NCBI RefSeq assembly: GCF_009914755.1
Contig: NC_060947.1
Origin: the human T2T-CHM13v2.0 reference genome, Homo sapiens
Reading direction: 5' to 3' (one strand)
DNA: 64,000 bases
The notes beneath the pieces were generated by a model, which was given only the letters and a program-made list of their open reading frames with translations, ran no database searches and had not been told where the DNA came from. Shown one piece after another: positions 1-14,334 of this stretch. A program made the position numbers and the translations under genes. The first letter of the stretch is position 1, and each line of letters begins with the position of its first letter.

Positions 1-103
1 GTTGCCCAGGCTGGTCTAGAATTCCTGGGCTCAAGTGATCCACCTGCCTCAGTCACCCTAAAGTGCTGGGATTACGGGCATGAACCACCACACCTGCCTG
101 GCC
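1..103 (-). mobile_element. Alu (left arm, runs off window)
   Basis: GCCCAGGCTGGTCT...AAAGTGCTGGGATTAC. Confidence 0.9.
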
Positions 104-439
104 TATTTCTGTTTTTAAACATACAGCTCTTTTTTCTCTTGTCCTTCCCCAAACACTCTCAATCATTTAATTATGAAAAGGATATACAGTTTTTCTCATT
201 CCTCTCTTCCCAACATCTATCTACAAGGTTGCACAGTAGAAATGCATTTGATCAGGACGAGAACCCTGGTCTCCTGTGGTCCAGCTTTTGATTTTCTTTT
301 TCCCCAACCCTCATCAGCTAGGCAAACCATGCTGTTAGCATTAGAGTACTACAAATCTGAAACTCAAGTGAATAATGTCCTGCTGGGCATGTTGCTTGCT
401 CCCCTCTCCAGAAATTGCCCCCCCATCATGTTTTAAAAT

Positions 440-1120
440 TTAATTCACATATTGTACAATACACTCATTTAAAGTGTACACTTCATTGAGTTTTAGTATA
501 TTCACAGGGCTGTGCAACCATCACCACTATCTAATCCCAGAACATTTCCATTACACCAAAAAGAAATCCTGTGCCTATCAGCAGTCACCCCTCCAACCCT
601 TCCCCAACACACACACCAGCCCTGGGCAAGCATAATCTATTTTCTGTCTCTATGAATTTGCCTATTTTGTACATTTCACATAAAAAGATTCATGCATATT
701 GTAATCTTTCTGAACTGGCTTTTTTCATAAAACATAGTGTTCCAAGGTTCATCCATGTTGTAGCATGTATCAGTACTTCATTCTTATTTATGGTTGTATA
801 ATATTCCATTTCATGGGTATGCCACATTTTGTTTATCTATTCAACAGTTGATATTGATATTTAGGTTGTTTCCACCTTTTGGCAACTGTGACTAATGCTG
901 CTACCAACATGTCTATATTATTTGATTTTTATTCTGATGCTGTATATATTTGATATAGAAACCCTTTTAGAACACTAAAATCTCAAGAATTTCCAAAGTT
1001 AGAATGAGTCCCAACCCCCACCCCAGTATAGGGTTTCAATTCTCTTGGGTTTATACCTAGCAATGGAATTGCTTGGTCATACGGACCAAAAATTCTGTTA
1101 CACTTTCTGAGGAAATGCCA
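440..1120 (-). mobile_element. L1M (L1MB-like) 3' fragment with a non-L1 insert at ~915-1025
   Basis: Typical L1M 3'-end motifs: TTTAAAGTGTACA, TTTAGTATATTCACAG, TTCATCCATGTTGTAGCATGTATCAGTACTTC, TTCTCTTGGGTTTATACCTAG. Confidence 0.8.
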
Positions 1121-3425
1121 TTCACAGACATTCTGGAGTGAAGAATTCCATCTGGACTGGCCTCAAATTTAAGCTTAACACAAGTTATTGGTCTCCACAA
1201 GCTGATGTTTCATACTGCTCAGGCAACCAGAAACAACAATAGCATTTAAATTGGAAGTGATGACCAAAACAAAACAAAACAAACTCCAAAACAAGGGTTT
1301 TAATCCCTCAAATAAGAAAACACACTTAAATTTAGTCACTACTTCCTGTTTTCAACCTAAAATTTAGACAGGGCATTCTGAACTTCAATATACACACATA
1401 ATTGTAAAAGTAGAATGAAATAGTAAATAAGAATCAGATAACCTTCTGTTTAATAACTTTCATGTGAATTACATCTTTCAGAAATGGTAAAGAGAACACA
1501 TAATCAACTCTCAGGATCAGAACACAACAAATTATTCCAAAGATATCTAGACACGAATGCTGCTGAAAATCTAAGAATACTCACTGTTCCAAACACAGCT
1601 AAAAAACGTGCTTCCTAGTAGCTAAGAAATTTAAGACTGTTTCATTCTATATCAAGATGTTCTACTAATACAGCGAGTGCAAACATTATCAACTTATTTT
1701 AGAAGCCTGGCATGGGTGGGTAAAATGTCATTCTTGTCAAAAGATGGTGGGAGGCAGCAATTGGCCTTTCTGGGGGGAGTCACAGAGCTTGTTGATTTCT
1801 TTTCTCTCTGAAAATTCTTTTTATTCATTACTCAGGCTGCTGGGCAGAGCATTTTCCCTGATTACAGCTGTGGAATTTTAGCTCCAAAGCCAAGTAAGTT
1901 TTTTTTGTTAAAGCTTCTCAATTTTTTTTTCTTAATGTTTTATTTTATTGCAACTGCAGTTTTGGTGGCTGCCTGTAGACACACCCTGTGGTTTCCACCT
2001 AATTTTTAAAACTTCATCTTTTTATGACAATTTCATCAACCGTTCACCACTACAGTGTTTGCTTTGCCTCGACCTTCACCAACTTTCTTTTCTTTCTCTA
2101 GTCACTCAACCAACATTTATTGAGTAACTAGAATACATCAGGTACAGTGCAAAATGCTAAAGATAAAAATGAGCACATTCTCTGCCCTCAGGGAGCTCAG
2201 AGTCTAATGTGGATCATGCCATAAATCCACCTCTTCTCACTTCCATTTCCATTGCAGTTATGACAATATTTTGCCAAGCCCCCAAGTCAAAACTACCTAT
2301 TTGAGAGGCTGCTGAGTTTCAGATCTGGGTCTCTTGAGCCTCCCTACCCTCAAGCAGACCCTCCAACGAACAGCTCTATCACACTCAAATTATTTGATTT
2401 TTAATCTGATGCTGGATGCAAACAATGATAGTAAAGATGCTTCAGAACACTAACATCTTAGGAATCTCTATTAAAGATATAAAAGTTAGAATGCATTTAT
2501 TTTCAAAGATCTAAACCTGCAGACTGATTTCTCTTTAGTTTTTGGTAGAAGAGGAAATAAGCCTGTTAAAACCTACAAATATGCACTATTTTCTGCATTA
2601 CACATCTTTCCTAAATAGTTACAGTTGTTTCACATACTTTTCTTTGCAAAAAGATGGAGCAACGTCCTATACTGGATGTTAGGTTACAGGGCACATTTTT
2701 TAGTCAGTAAGAACAGAAATGGCAGATGACTGGATAATGAAATGTTAATAAGCAATCCCTCAAGAGCTGGACAGAAAGGATATAACACTACAGCAGAACA
2801 TTCATCAGCCTTCCAAGTGTTTACATGCTATGAGAGCAGCCTTCCCAAGTCCTTATCAGCTTCATGGATTTCAGAGGTCAAAAGTATGTAATGAAGGCAT
2901 GAATCAGGTATGCACTGAGATGATTCAAGTGTAAAAGCATGTCAGATCATAATATCAAGTTCCAAGACCAAAGCTCCAAATGTTATTACATAATGGCACA
3001 CACATGTTTTCAATGGTTCAGTTCTGTGATTCCCAGCCTATGGATCTTAGAGATATTTCCAAAAGTCTATGGATTTATAGTTCTGCCAAGTACCTTCTGC
3101 ACACTGAATACTGTCTCACTTATAGAGCACACCACTGGTTTTCTCAGACTACAAAAGGTTGGGCTCCACTACAGCCAGCACTAAGCACTACAGTGCATGG
3201 GATCTTCAGAGAACAGAACACAGGCCAGCTTGTGAGACTCTGTGGGCAGAAAAAGTGGCAGGTAAACCTCAGTAAGCCAGTGCACTTAAGAAAAATTATC
3301 AAAATGATTTATAATAGGATGGTGAACAATTCCTTCTAGACTGTGGGCCTGGCCTCTTACTGCATCTGTGTGTGTAGCCAGGGTAGAAGTAAGTGATATT
3401 CGAAATGATGGCCCTGAGGTGCCAC

Positions 3426-4001
3426 TGAGGCAGGAGAATAGGGTCTGGAGGCAGGGAACCTAAGGCCAATTCACGGTGAATTGAAAGGAAAACCCCAACT
3501 TTCCACACCTAAGTAACAAAAGGACCAGAGAGGCTACTCCCTTTGCAAACCCCCATCCCTTACAGAGTGGCAGATGGAAAATTGAAAGTACCTCTGATTG
3601 GTTGCTTTCCACAATCAATCAGATTGCAAGCCAAGTCTTCATTTGCATAGGAGTATAACCTTGTAACTTCACTTTAGCCTCTGATTGGTTGTATAGGGTG
3701 TAACCTTTGTAACTTCACTTCAGCCTCTGATTGCCAGCCACTACTTTATTTACATGGGGTGTACACCAAGTGGCCAGTAAGAAACCTCTAGGGGGTATCT
3801 GGACTCCAGAAGATTCTGTAACCAGGGCCCTTAAGCTGCTGCTCAGGTGGCTCCCACCCTGTGAAGTATACTTTAATTTTCAATAAATCTCTGCTTTCAT
3901 TGCTTCTTTTATTCCTTGCTTTGCTGTGAGTTTTGTCCAATCCTTTGTTCAAAACGCCAAGAACTCAGACAACTTGCAGTCAATACCCTCCATTGGTAAC
4001 A
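3426..4001 (+). mobile_element. ERV1 solo LTR, MER51-like
   Basis: TG...CA termini (TGAGGCAGGAGAATAGGGTCTGG...GGTAACA), 4-bp TSD CCAC/CCAT, AATAAA at 3882, internal CCTCTGATTG repeats. Family name from recalled consensus. Confidence 0.85.
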
Positions 4002-4272
4002 CCATCAAAATCAGATTAAATTCTACTCTGTGTGATCCTTTTCAGACATTGGGGTATAGGGCTTTCTTGCCTCTTTGTAAAGTGCTCTTGCGATGTATAT
4101 GTAACCTGCTTAGCCAGGAGATCGACTTGATGGTGTCTCCTTCCTCAACCTTAGGCTAAGTTATGTCTAGGAAAAAATGTAAAGTTCTCATAATGTTTTC
4201 TTCCTAAGCAAAACTATTTTAAATCATTTTTAATTAGCAAGTTCTTTCTGTGAATATACTGTTTCCTGTTCT

Positions 4273-4716
4273 TAGGGTGACCACAAATTATAGGCCAAAC
4301 CAGGACACATGGGAGAGTGAAAGAAGGTGCCACTAACAATTATACTGAGGGCTGGGTGCGGTGGCTAATGCCTGTAATCCCAGCACTTTGGGAGGCCAAG
4401 GCGGGAGAATGCTTGAGCCCGGGAGTTTGAGACCAGCCTGGGCAACATAGCAAGGCCCAGTCTCTACAAAAAATTAAAAAATTACCTGGGCATAGTGGTG
4501 CCTGCCTGTAGTCCCAGCTACTTGGGAGGCTGAAGTGAGAGGATCACCTGAGCCCAGGAGGTTCAGGCTGCAGCGAGCCATGATTGTGCCACTGCACTCC
4601 GGGTAAGTTGACAAAGCCAGACCAGACTCTGTCTCCAAACAAGAACAATAACAACTATGCTAGGACAGCAGGTGTAAAGCTGAACTGTGCTAGGCGAAAC
4701 TGGAACAATGAGCCCC
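4273..4716. mobile_element. hAT-Blackjack MITE (MER94-like) split by an Alu at 4350
   Basis: TAGGGTGACC start, CCAAACCAGGACAC...GAGAGTGAAAG, resumes after the Alu as GGACAGCAGGTGTAAAG...AAACTGGAAC. Family from recalled consensus. Confidence 0.55.
4350..4650 (+). mobile_element. Alu (AluJ-like)
   Basis: Full dimer, GCTTGAGCCC J-type diagnostics. Confidence 0.92.
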
Positions 4717-4744
4717 TTTCCTTACCTATAATTTTTCAAGAAAA

Positions 4745-4898
4745 GTGGCAGGCACAGTGGCCCAGCACTTTGAGAGGCAGAGGCAGGAGGACTGCTTGAG
4801 GCCAGGAGTTTTAGGCTGCAGCAAGCTATGACAGTGCCACTGCACTCCAGCCTAGGTGACAAAGTGAGACCCCATCTCTTTTTTAAAAATGTAAAAAG
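4745..4898 (+). mobile_element. Alu monomer / fragment
   Basis: CCCAGCACTTTGAGAGGC...CCACTGCACTCCAGCC. Confidence 0.8.
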
Positions 4899-5405
4899 AA
4901 AATTATCTATTTGCTGAGATTCTTTTGAATAAAATGACAAAAAACATGGCATACCTGTTAAACACCATGTTACCTATCTTCCAATTGTGAATCATCTTAA
5001 AACACTATTGGAGATTAACTGGATGTGTTGTTGTCTTCTTGGCAGCATATGAAGTTTTACTTTAATTTCAATTATGTGGATAGCCAACCTAGGCCCAAGA
5101 CACCTTGGAGGCAGCAACACTTCATTTACACAGCTCTGCAGCACATTTCCCAGGACTCCAAACATCCACGGTGATTGTGGAATTCATTCTAGCCTCCGTA
5201 TCCAACACTAAGGGAAGGTTTTCAATTCATAAAAGCACTGTTAATAAAATTTACCATTTTTCTATGTGTTTTGTGTTCTCATGACATATCATCTAAAAAT
5301 TGTGTTGATTCACTTAGAACTTCACTTTTAAGGTTTTTTTAAGAGCATGGTAATTTTACCATCTAAGAATATAAAGAAAAATTACTTCAATATAACATTG
5401 AGTAA

Positions 5406-5730
<325 letters not shown>

Positions 5731-8714
5731 TGACATGGTTTCTTAATTTTGTTCGCATATCAAAGTCTAGGTACTACTTTAAACGTAAGAATCACAGCAG
5801 ATATCATAAATTACAGTATCTTATGATATGCAAAATCAGGAAATTAATCTTAGTCTACTCACAATAATTTTATATAAAACTACCTCTTTTAATCCCCCCA
5901 GAGCAGGGCACACCATTAATTTAATCTTTGTTAGTGCTGTATGTTTGCTTTAAATCCTGTTACTGCATTCCTTCATGCAATCAAGTGCCCTTTAAAAACT
6001 AGTATATCAGTTACATTTGCCTCCTCTGAGAGAGGTTATGACCCTTTTATACCCTGTGGGGCTTTTGACCCTAGTTCCTGTTTTTCTTATATTTCTGTTA
6101 AGTTACAGTTCCCCCAGAACAATTGTCGCTCAAATGAGATAACTAGAGTCTGTCTTAAATGATATTGAACTTTTTCCCATTAGACAGTGTGAGTTAAGCA
6201 AAGAAACCTAATATAGTAGTACGATGCATTTGATAAAGAGTGACATGAAAACCTAGTCAAGAATGTCAAAATATTTTAAAAATACTTTGCTCACAATGTG
6301 AATTATAATGCAGCCATTTTGTACTACTCTCTCCTAAATGAATTTAAACTGAATTAAACACCGAAGTATTCACAAAGCTTTCTTTGCAGGATAATTATTT
6401 CTGCATATGATATGATTATTTAAGTGAGGATTCTTGAAAAGTAAGTAACTAGTTAGGGGTGCAGTACTGGGCATTTAATTATCCTAAGGGATTGTGAAAA
6501 GCAAGAGGTTGAGAATTGGAGTTTAAATAAATCATTTTCATCAGAAAATTGTTTAATGACCTATGAAATATTGAACCAAGGAATCTGGAGTTGAGTACTC
6601 ACATACCAGCTGTGACTAATATTACTATTAACAACCCACCATTCAAGAGGCAGATCAAAATAATTAACACTCAACTTGATAAAAAAAAAGGTTAAATCAC
6701 TCCCATATGATTGCTTTTAAAATAAGCATGTTACATCAACTAGTTGATTACTTCGTTAAAAATCAAAGTTGACAAGGTAGATGGAGTGGAGGTGGGAGGT
6801 CAGCTCTCTCAAGCCAGTACATATGAAAATAAAATTTCAAAGTCAAGTGTCTTCTTACCAAATGCTTTAAAACAAAAACAGAAGAGCACGCCTCAAAACC
6901 CACCCACATTGCTTCAAAAATAAGTTTTTGCCCTGAGAATAGAAGATATGCAATCTGAGGTTTTTGTTCACGTCAGAAGCAACAGCAGCAAAATCTGTCC
7001 CCAAAATTTTCTGGCAAAAAGTCAACAATCTGTTTTGTCTTTTACTGTTAACCCAAAACAAAACATGGCTGGAGGGAAGACAGAGGGGAGCCATTTTGCA
7101 AGAATTGGTTAAGACTTCCAAGGTTATTTCATTTGATGGAGAAAGACAATTTTCTAGAGAATGATTTGAAATAAAGAAGCAAATAACTATTGATGGAGCA
7201 CAGGAAAACCTCATCATTTTGGCTAATCTGCATCAACTGATAATTCCTATACTTATAAAGTTCTTCAGGGTTTTTGTTTGTTTGTTTTTGAGATTGGAGC
7301 TTATTTTTTCATACCTTCACTGTTCCAATGGAACAGTTCCATCATCTCTACTTTTCAACCTGGATCACATTTCCAGGCTTACACAACAGATGCTTGAAAT
7401 GCTCCAGTTGTAATAAGCCTTTATTCTCCTTGGATGTTCTTCAACCTCCAGAAGCCACTTACAGATTTAACTAATTTCCCTTCTAAGGATTGAATGACCA
7501 CTAGCTCAATAACTATTTGAGGACCTAGTTCTACATTCAGAAAAAAATCCATAGAACTGCTAACCAAAAGAGATGTCCTTTTAAGACTGTAGCTCTTGGG
7601 GGTGGGGTGAGGGGAACTCAAAGCAAAAAGGAAGTTTCAATTACTCTGTGAAGTGAAGCAGAAAAATTAAGTGAGATCCAAGAAAACTTTATTAGCTATG
7701 ACAAGCAATCCTTAATGCTTTTGTTTCATGAGTGCTCAGAAACCTTTGCTAAAATATTTGAAAACTCATCCAACTATGGCATCCCAACTTAGTTAATATG
7801 CGCGTCTCTGTGGGTGTGTATACACCCAGACACACACCCGTACACACACATACAATTAGTCTTAAAGCAAATTCCCATTCACTATGTTTTATGAGCACCA
7901 TTAAGAAATGAAGAAAAGTCCTAAGACTCCTTCCTGTTCAAATATAAATGTAATTGGAAACTATGGCAAAGTTTTAAACTGTTAACTAAAAGTCTACTTT
8001 TATTCTTGACTTCTAGGGCTCAGACTAGCCTCAAAATCTCTTCCCAGAGTTTGCCATGACCAGTGGAACAAACAAGACAAAGTATAAAACTATAAATCGC
8101 TAAGAGGCAATTTGCTCTGTGTTATTTTCTTAAGGCAAATATGTAGTCCTTTGAATTCTGGTGTTCATTATTTTAAATTACTATCCATTTCAGAACTTAA
8201 AAACTCACATACACATATATTACTACAAACTCTTGCTTTACTCAAATCACTGTTGTCTTTTTGGAGAGATCAGCAGCCCCCCTGCCCTGATGCTAAAATA
8301 TGCTCAGGTTTTGTAATCTAAACAAACTCATCAAATAAAAGCCTGCAGCCATCATTTCTAAATATAAATAAAGCCATCTTTATACACAAAATTTGTCCTT
8401 AATGGGTATAGCATTTCTTTGACAGAAAAAAAAATTGCTTGAGTTGATTTCTCTTTGTCCAAATTCGTTAATATAAATATAACAAACCTTAGGCCATTAT
8501 ACCACTTAAAATGTTTTTCATAGGGAGAGGCAATTAACTTATCCAACAGAAACTGAGGCCCCAAGATAAGCAATTTACTTCTCAGGACGTTCTAAGTCAT
8601 TCTAAAATGGAGCCAAGGTCTGCAGGTGATTTCATTGAAATGAGTGCTGCTCCTATCCCAAACACAAGCCACTCCACCCAGACCCTGGGACAACAGCTTA
8701 AAAGAGGTATGGAA

Positions 8715-9011
8715 GGCCGGGCGCGGTGGCTCACATCTGTAATTCCAGCACTTTAGGAGGCCGAGGTGGGCAGATTACCTGAGGTCAGAAGTTTGAGACC
8801 AGCCTGGCCAACATGGTGAAACCACATCTCTACTAAAAATACAAAATTAGCTGGGTGTGGTGGCAGGCACTTGTAATCCCAGCTACTCAGGAGGCTGAGG
8901 ATCGCTTGAACCTGAGAGGTGGAGGTTGCTGTGAGCCAAGATTGTGCCACTGCACTCCAGCCTGGGCGACACAGCGACTCCGTCTTTAAAAAAAAAAAAA
9001 AAAAAAAAAAA
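8715..9011 (+). mobile_element. Alu (AluS-like)
   Basis: Full dimer, poly-A, degenerate TSD AAAAGAGGT. Confidence 0.95.
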
Positions 9012-10151
9012 GAGGTTATAGGAAACCCCATTTTTTCTTTTAACTTTCCAAAGGTATTTCTGTTTTGCAAGGAGCCCCCAAGGATATCTGTATATGTATC
9101 CTTAGGGGCTCCTTACAAAACAGAAATATGTGTAGTAGGGAGAGTACTGGAGAGACAGTCATGCCAGCTCTGAAAAGAGAAGCCCTTTCAAAGTCCCTCC
9201 TTTTTCTTATCAATTCCTTTTCTACTCACCCACCACCATCTTTTAGAAAGGTCCATCTGCCTTGATAGTTGAAAGTAGAATGAAATGACAATTCTCCACT
9301 CCCCACCCTATGATTCAGAGGTTAAACTCAACTAATACCTCATAATTGCTGAACTGGAATTTTGCGAAGCCCTTTGATAAGGTCTCTGGTACAAATTAGG
9401 AGCATTTTAGGCTTCTGCTTAAGAGCATGCACGTGTCTTACAAAGTGCTGCACTTCCTGCTTATCACACTTTTTGAAAGTTGCTAGGATATTTTAGATAG
9501 TTAGCTTTGAAAGTTCAAAGTAATTTTCAATATTCTGCTCCTTAGTGTGTGGCTTTTAAAGTCCTATTGTTGGACAGCATGAAAGCCAAATGACCCTACA
9601 GGTTTCACTTTTGAGTTTTTGCTGATACCAGAGGGATGTGAACATATGCTGTGCCTTGAAATGCTCTGAATTCCTTGAGTATCTCCATTAACACTTTATT
9701 GACACCTTCTCAACTTCTATATCAGGCCCACTGTTATGGCAATTGGAGGGGTCTGAGATGGAATCTCTTTACTTCCACATATTTTTGGACTGACAATAGG
9801 AGTGTACTGGATTGCAAGTAAAAGCACTCCCTACCAGATGTTCATCCTCAGATGAAGAAGAAAGGAATTAAAGAGAATCAAAACAGCTACTTGGAGTACT
9901 GTTTTCTATAGCATTTTTAGAAAACAATAAATAAAAACATGTTCTCTAAACCTTCCATTTTCTTCCCTAAAACATAAAGCCTCATCTTGTTTTCTCCTGG
10001 ATAGGAATCGAACATACAACACAAGAAACAGAAGGTAGGGAGAAATGCATCCATTTCTGCTACGTACACAAGATGGGATGCACCTAGAATTTATTCTGAG
10101 ATCAGCTTTACTTGCTATTTTTAAAATGATTCTACAGTTGGGTTATTGAAG

Positions 10152-10174
10152 ACACACACACACACACACACACA
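10152..10174. repeat. (AC)n microsatellite
   Basis: About 11 AC units. Confidence 0.95.
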
Positions 10175-10674
10175 GAGCATAAATAAGCTCAATTAGTTCA
10201 TAGTGACAGATGTGTCAAAAAGGTATGGTAATTCCATCTTAACAGTATTGCTTAAGTTCATTCATTCAGTGACACTGAGTGTCTATGTGGCAGGCAGGCA
10301 GGCATCAGGCTCAGCGCTGAGGTTACAAAATCCCAACCTCAAGGGAACTTCCAGTTCTTGGGGTTTCCCATCACCAGGGCTCAGGGGCAAAGGGTAGTTG
10401 ATGATCTGCCAAAAACGGGGTTGTAGAAAGTCAGAGATCAGAAAGGCAATTCACTTCAAGGTTGTCCAAGGTCCCTTTCTGGAGTCTCTAGAATAGGAAA
10501 GGAGAGGTAAACTATCTCCAACTTTGACACTAAAGTAATTAGTGACATGTCAAATTAATGGAGGAAAATGAGCAAACATCAGGCAGGCCACTGTCAAGGT
10601 GAGCAAGTGAGTAGCCACATGACTCCTCTTATCACAGGGAAGTGATTGTAGACTGGGCCCTCAAAACATCACTC

Positions 10675-10895
10675 CATAGACAGAAAGCAGATTAATGGTT
10701 GCCTAGGGCAGAAAGAGAGGGAGGGAGATGAGGGGTGACTGCTAATGGTACACAGTTAATTTGGGGGGGTGATAAAAATGTTCTAAATAGACTGAGGTAA
10801 TGGTTGCACAACTCCATGAATATACTAAAAACCACTGAATTGTACACTTTAATGAGGTGAGTTTTATAGTATATGAATTATATATCAGTAAAGCT
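10675..10895 (+). mobile_element. L1M 3' terminal fragment
   Basis: AGACAGAAAGCAGATTAATGGTTGCC...ATATACTAAAAACCACTGAATTGTACACTTTAA...TATATGAATTATAT. Confidence 0.8.
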
Positions 10896-13800
10896 GGGGG
10901 AAAGACACCAATCCATGATAGTGCTGAGCTGCAAGTGTTTGGCAACGTGGGGGAGAGTCTGAGAAAACCCATAGCCACCAAAGGGATGAAACAAGCCTGC
11001 TCTTTATACAAAAGAGTAATTTGCTTGTGCCTAGAGTGACATGTGCTATTCTCAAACTCATGAACACTATGAAGAAAAGTTTTAGAGAAGGGCAGCAAAA
11101 ATTAAAGGAATAGGAAGGGAGAAGCCCAGTGGGAGGAACAGACTAAAGGTGGAAGGTAGGTAGGGAAAGAGAAAGGAAATGTGCAAAGTCACAAAGAGTA
11201 GGGCCAGGGTGAACCAAGAACTTCTTTAAGTAAGGAAACCTTTCAAAATTTAAAAGTGTTAAATCGCAGGAGTTGGGGGTGAAAGGGGCAAAAGCAACCT
11301 ACAGTCTGTTATACATGTAGAGAGGAAACAAGACCTCGTGAGTTGATCTGACTGTATGACCTTGAGAAAAAATCAGTGACCCTTCTTGGGCTCCCACTTC
11401 CCAGTCTTCAAATACAATGTGATTCTTAATTATGCTCAGATCCTCTCTGATTAATCAAGTGGAGCCCTTAAAGAACCAGGAGCTCCTCATAGCAGGGCTA
11501 TCATATTCTGCTCTGAGTCTACAATACAGAAATGTATTAAGAAAGTCATTTCACAGGTATGTGGATGGCATTTAAATGGATTTGTGTTTCACATGAGATA
11601 TCCAAACGCTCCAATTATCCATAGGGTTTTAAGACCTTGGCAAAACTTTTGATGAACCTTGTTGGTTTAGGCTGGAAAAACTCCCCAGCAACCTTCAGGT
11701 TTGTTATGAAATTGTTGTACTCTATTATGAGACTGTATATTTTTTGCTGCCTGGTTGGCCAATATGGTCTAAAACAATATAAACACTTCCACTTCCACAT
11801 ACTGCACAATAAAGCATCTTCAAAGCTTCTGACCATTTCAGACCTCAATTTGTAAATATCATCTATCATGCATGACAAAGTATCTCACAGGATTAATACA
11901 ATCATTGAAATTCTGCCAACATTTGCGTACTGTGGGATTACAGAAACTGAACTACGTACTCCTGGTATGTGTATATGTAGTAGTCTATAGCTTTTTGATC
12001 TGTTAATGTGTCCTCTGGGAAACAATGCTAATGGAGGCAGTTCAGAGTTAAGTCCTCCCCAAGTACCACAAGAAACATGGTAAAAAGATGTATAAAGGCA
12101 TTTTTTTGTACATTTACACTAATGGGTAGCTTATGAAAAATGCAAACATCTACCTATCTACTGTAATACAATCAGATTTGCAAAAACAATTTGTTCATAA
12201 TCATGAAATAAATACTATTTTTAAAAGGTAAAAACCATCAAAACTAAAAAGAAAAAATCCTTAATGGGAAAACCACTTTACAACTGAGGCAATTTCCATT
12301 TCTTAACAATATTAAACAAGCAAAACTGCAAGTAGTTACAAATTTTTGAAAACAAACCACTTGTACTTGGGAATACCATAGTCTCTGGCCATTTAGAAAT
12401 CCAATTCTCATGCTCTGCTCAGAGGAGCCAAGCCTCCTCCTTTCTTTTTCTTTCCAGCCACTGAAAAGCATACTTTTTCTTTTTTTAAGAATGACAAATG
12501 CTAACCCAGGAAAGCATGTGGTGCCTCTAACTTGTGCAACTATTTAAAATGAGTATCCAAATTTGAACCTTACTTCATACTGTCCATTTCAACAGTCCTT
12601 AAAATATGTTACTGGTCCTGATACTGGTCTAATCCCTTCCATAGCAGCAGAATCACAAAAGTACACTAGGGGATTATGCAGTAGGGTTTGCAACAGTAAA
12701 AACTCGTTTAGGAAGGGAGAGAAGAATGTAACTTGAAATAAGACAGAGAGAAATGGGCCCTCTTCAAATTTCCCAGCACAGCTTTGAGAGCCGTCCTATA
12801 GCCAAGTCTCCCCAGGGTTCTCCTAATCCTCGGCAGCCACTGAAGACAGCCAGGATGAAACTTTTTTCTGAACAAAGAAAACTGAAAAGGGCCAAGTCTC
12901 AAAGTCACAGGCTCCCAGCTCGCCACTGGCTCAAAGCCAAGAAGAGCCCGTGTGCTCAGGCCAGCAGCCGTGCAGCTAATGGACAGACAGCAGGCTGAGA
13001 AGGGCACTGTGTATGTTGGGGAGGGAGGCACACAACCTACCCCGGGCTCTCCCCTGCCACCCAGGGCCACAGGGCTGCTCTCTCTGTCCCCCAGCCCTCA
13101 CCAATGGCATTTTACACTCGCTTCCAGCAATTAAGTCCCCATATCTGACATCATTATCCCCTGGCATGTGTGCATGCATATGTGTGCTTGTGTGTGCATG
13201 TGTGCATATGCATCTTTGTCTGATATAAGCATTCCTACCTCCATGATGGAATCTAACACAAATATCCTTGCAGATATAAGACATTCATGTTGAGGGTTCT
13301 CTCAGTGTCAAGTAACTTAATGTGTTGGTAGCTCAGAGTTTTCCTAGCTATAAAACACAACCAGTTCATGCACTGCAGTGGTTTATTGAAAGGAGGCAAT
13401 AAAAATGGCAGTAAAGCACTCTGCAACCATGACCTGGATTGCCTTGGCACTATACACACGGGGTCGACAGCCCCATCCCCTTGCACTTGTGAGCTGGTTC
13501 TCTGGAAGTGTTCTTCCATGCCTTCATGTGTTGGCTTTCGGGTTCTGTCTCCTGAAGGAACTGGGAAGGCTGGCTGTCTTTGCTTTTGTCTCTCCCCCAC
13601 ATGGGACATTGACAAGGAGGCACCGGGCAGATAGTCAATGTCTGTGGCCTGCAAACATGGACACAGACAACAGTGAGGACGCTTCTCCTGGAAGGCCTTC
13701 AACCTCAGAGCAACTGGACAAGCAGAACAGCTTGGTGTTTTGTTCTTCTTTTTCCACTCCTAGATCCATGGGTCAGACTCCTGCCTTCCCTACTGTCCCA

Positions 13801-14334
13801 GCTTTTTCCTTCATTTTCCTTGAAAAGGTGCTAGTTTCTTTACTAGCATAAGCACCTCCCTCTAGTTCCTCGAGACCCTCGGGATGGGAGGCATTAGGGA
13901 AAGAGAGAGGAAAACATATCCAAGGAAGCTAATCTACACCAGGGCTCTGCCAACTGTGGGATCATGACCTCCAAAGAACCTGGAGAGAATTTCAAGGGGG
14001 TCAGAGGCCCTGGAGCCCAGAGCCTAAGACCTCCCAACATCTGTTGTCAGTGAGGGTAGAGCAGCCTTTTTAATACAATTTCCTCACATGCAACAGCACC
14101 AGTTCTTTTTTCAGCCCTTAAGTGTACCCAACACCCACTCCCATATGACCTCATCTCCCAGTACTACCCAAATTATTGTCCCATTACATTGTCCTATAGT
14201 GCTCATTTCCCTTGGCAGCAGGGTTGAACAAAGAATTTAAATTTTAAGAGGAATGCTATGTGTTTCCAGTCTTTGCTGCCCTATCATGAACACCATCCAT
14301 CAGTTGGAACTTCAAAAAAATATTTTATGATGCT

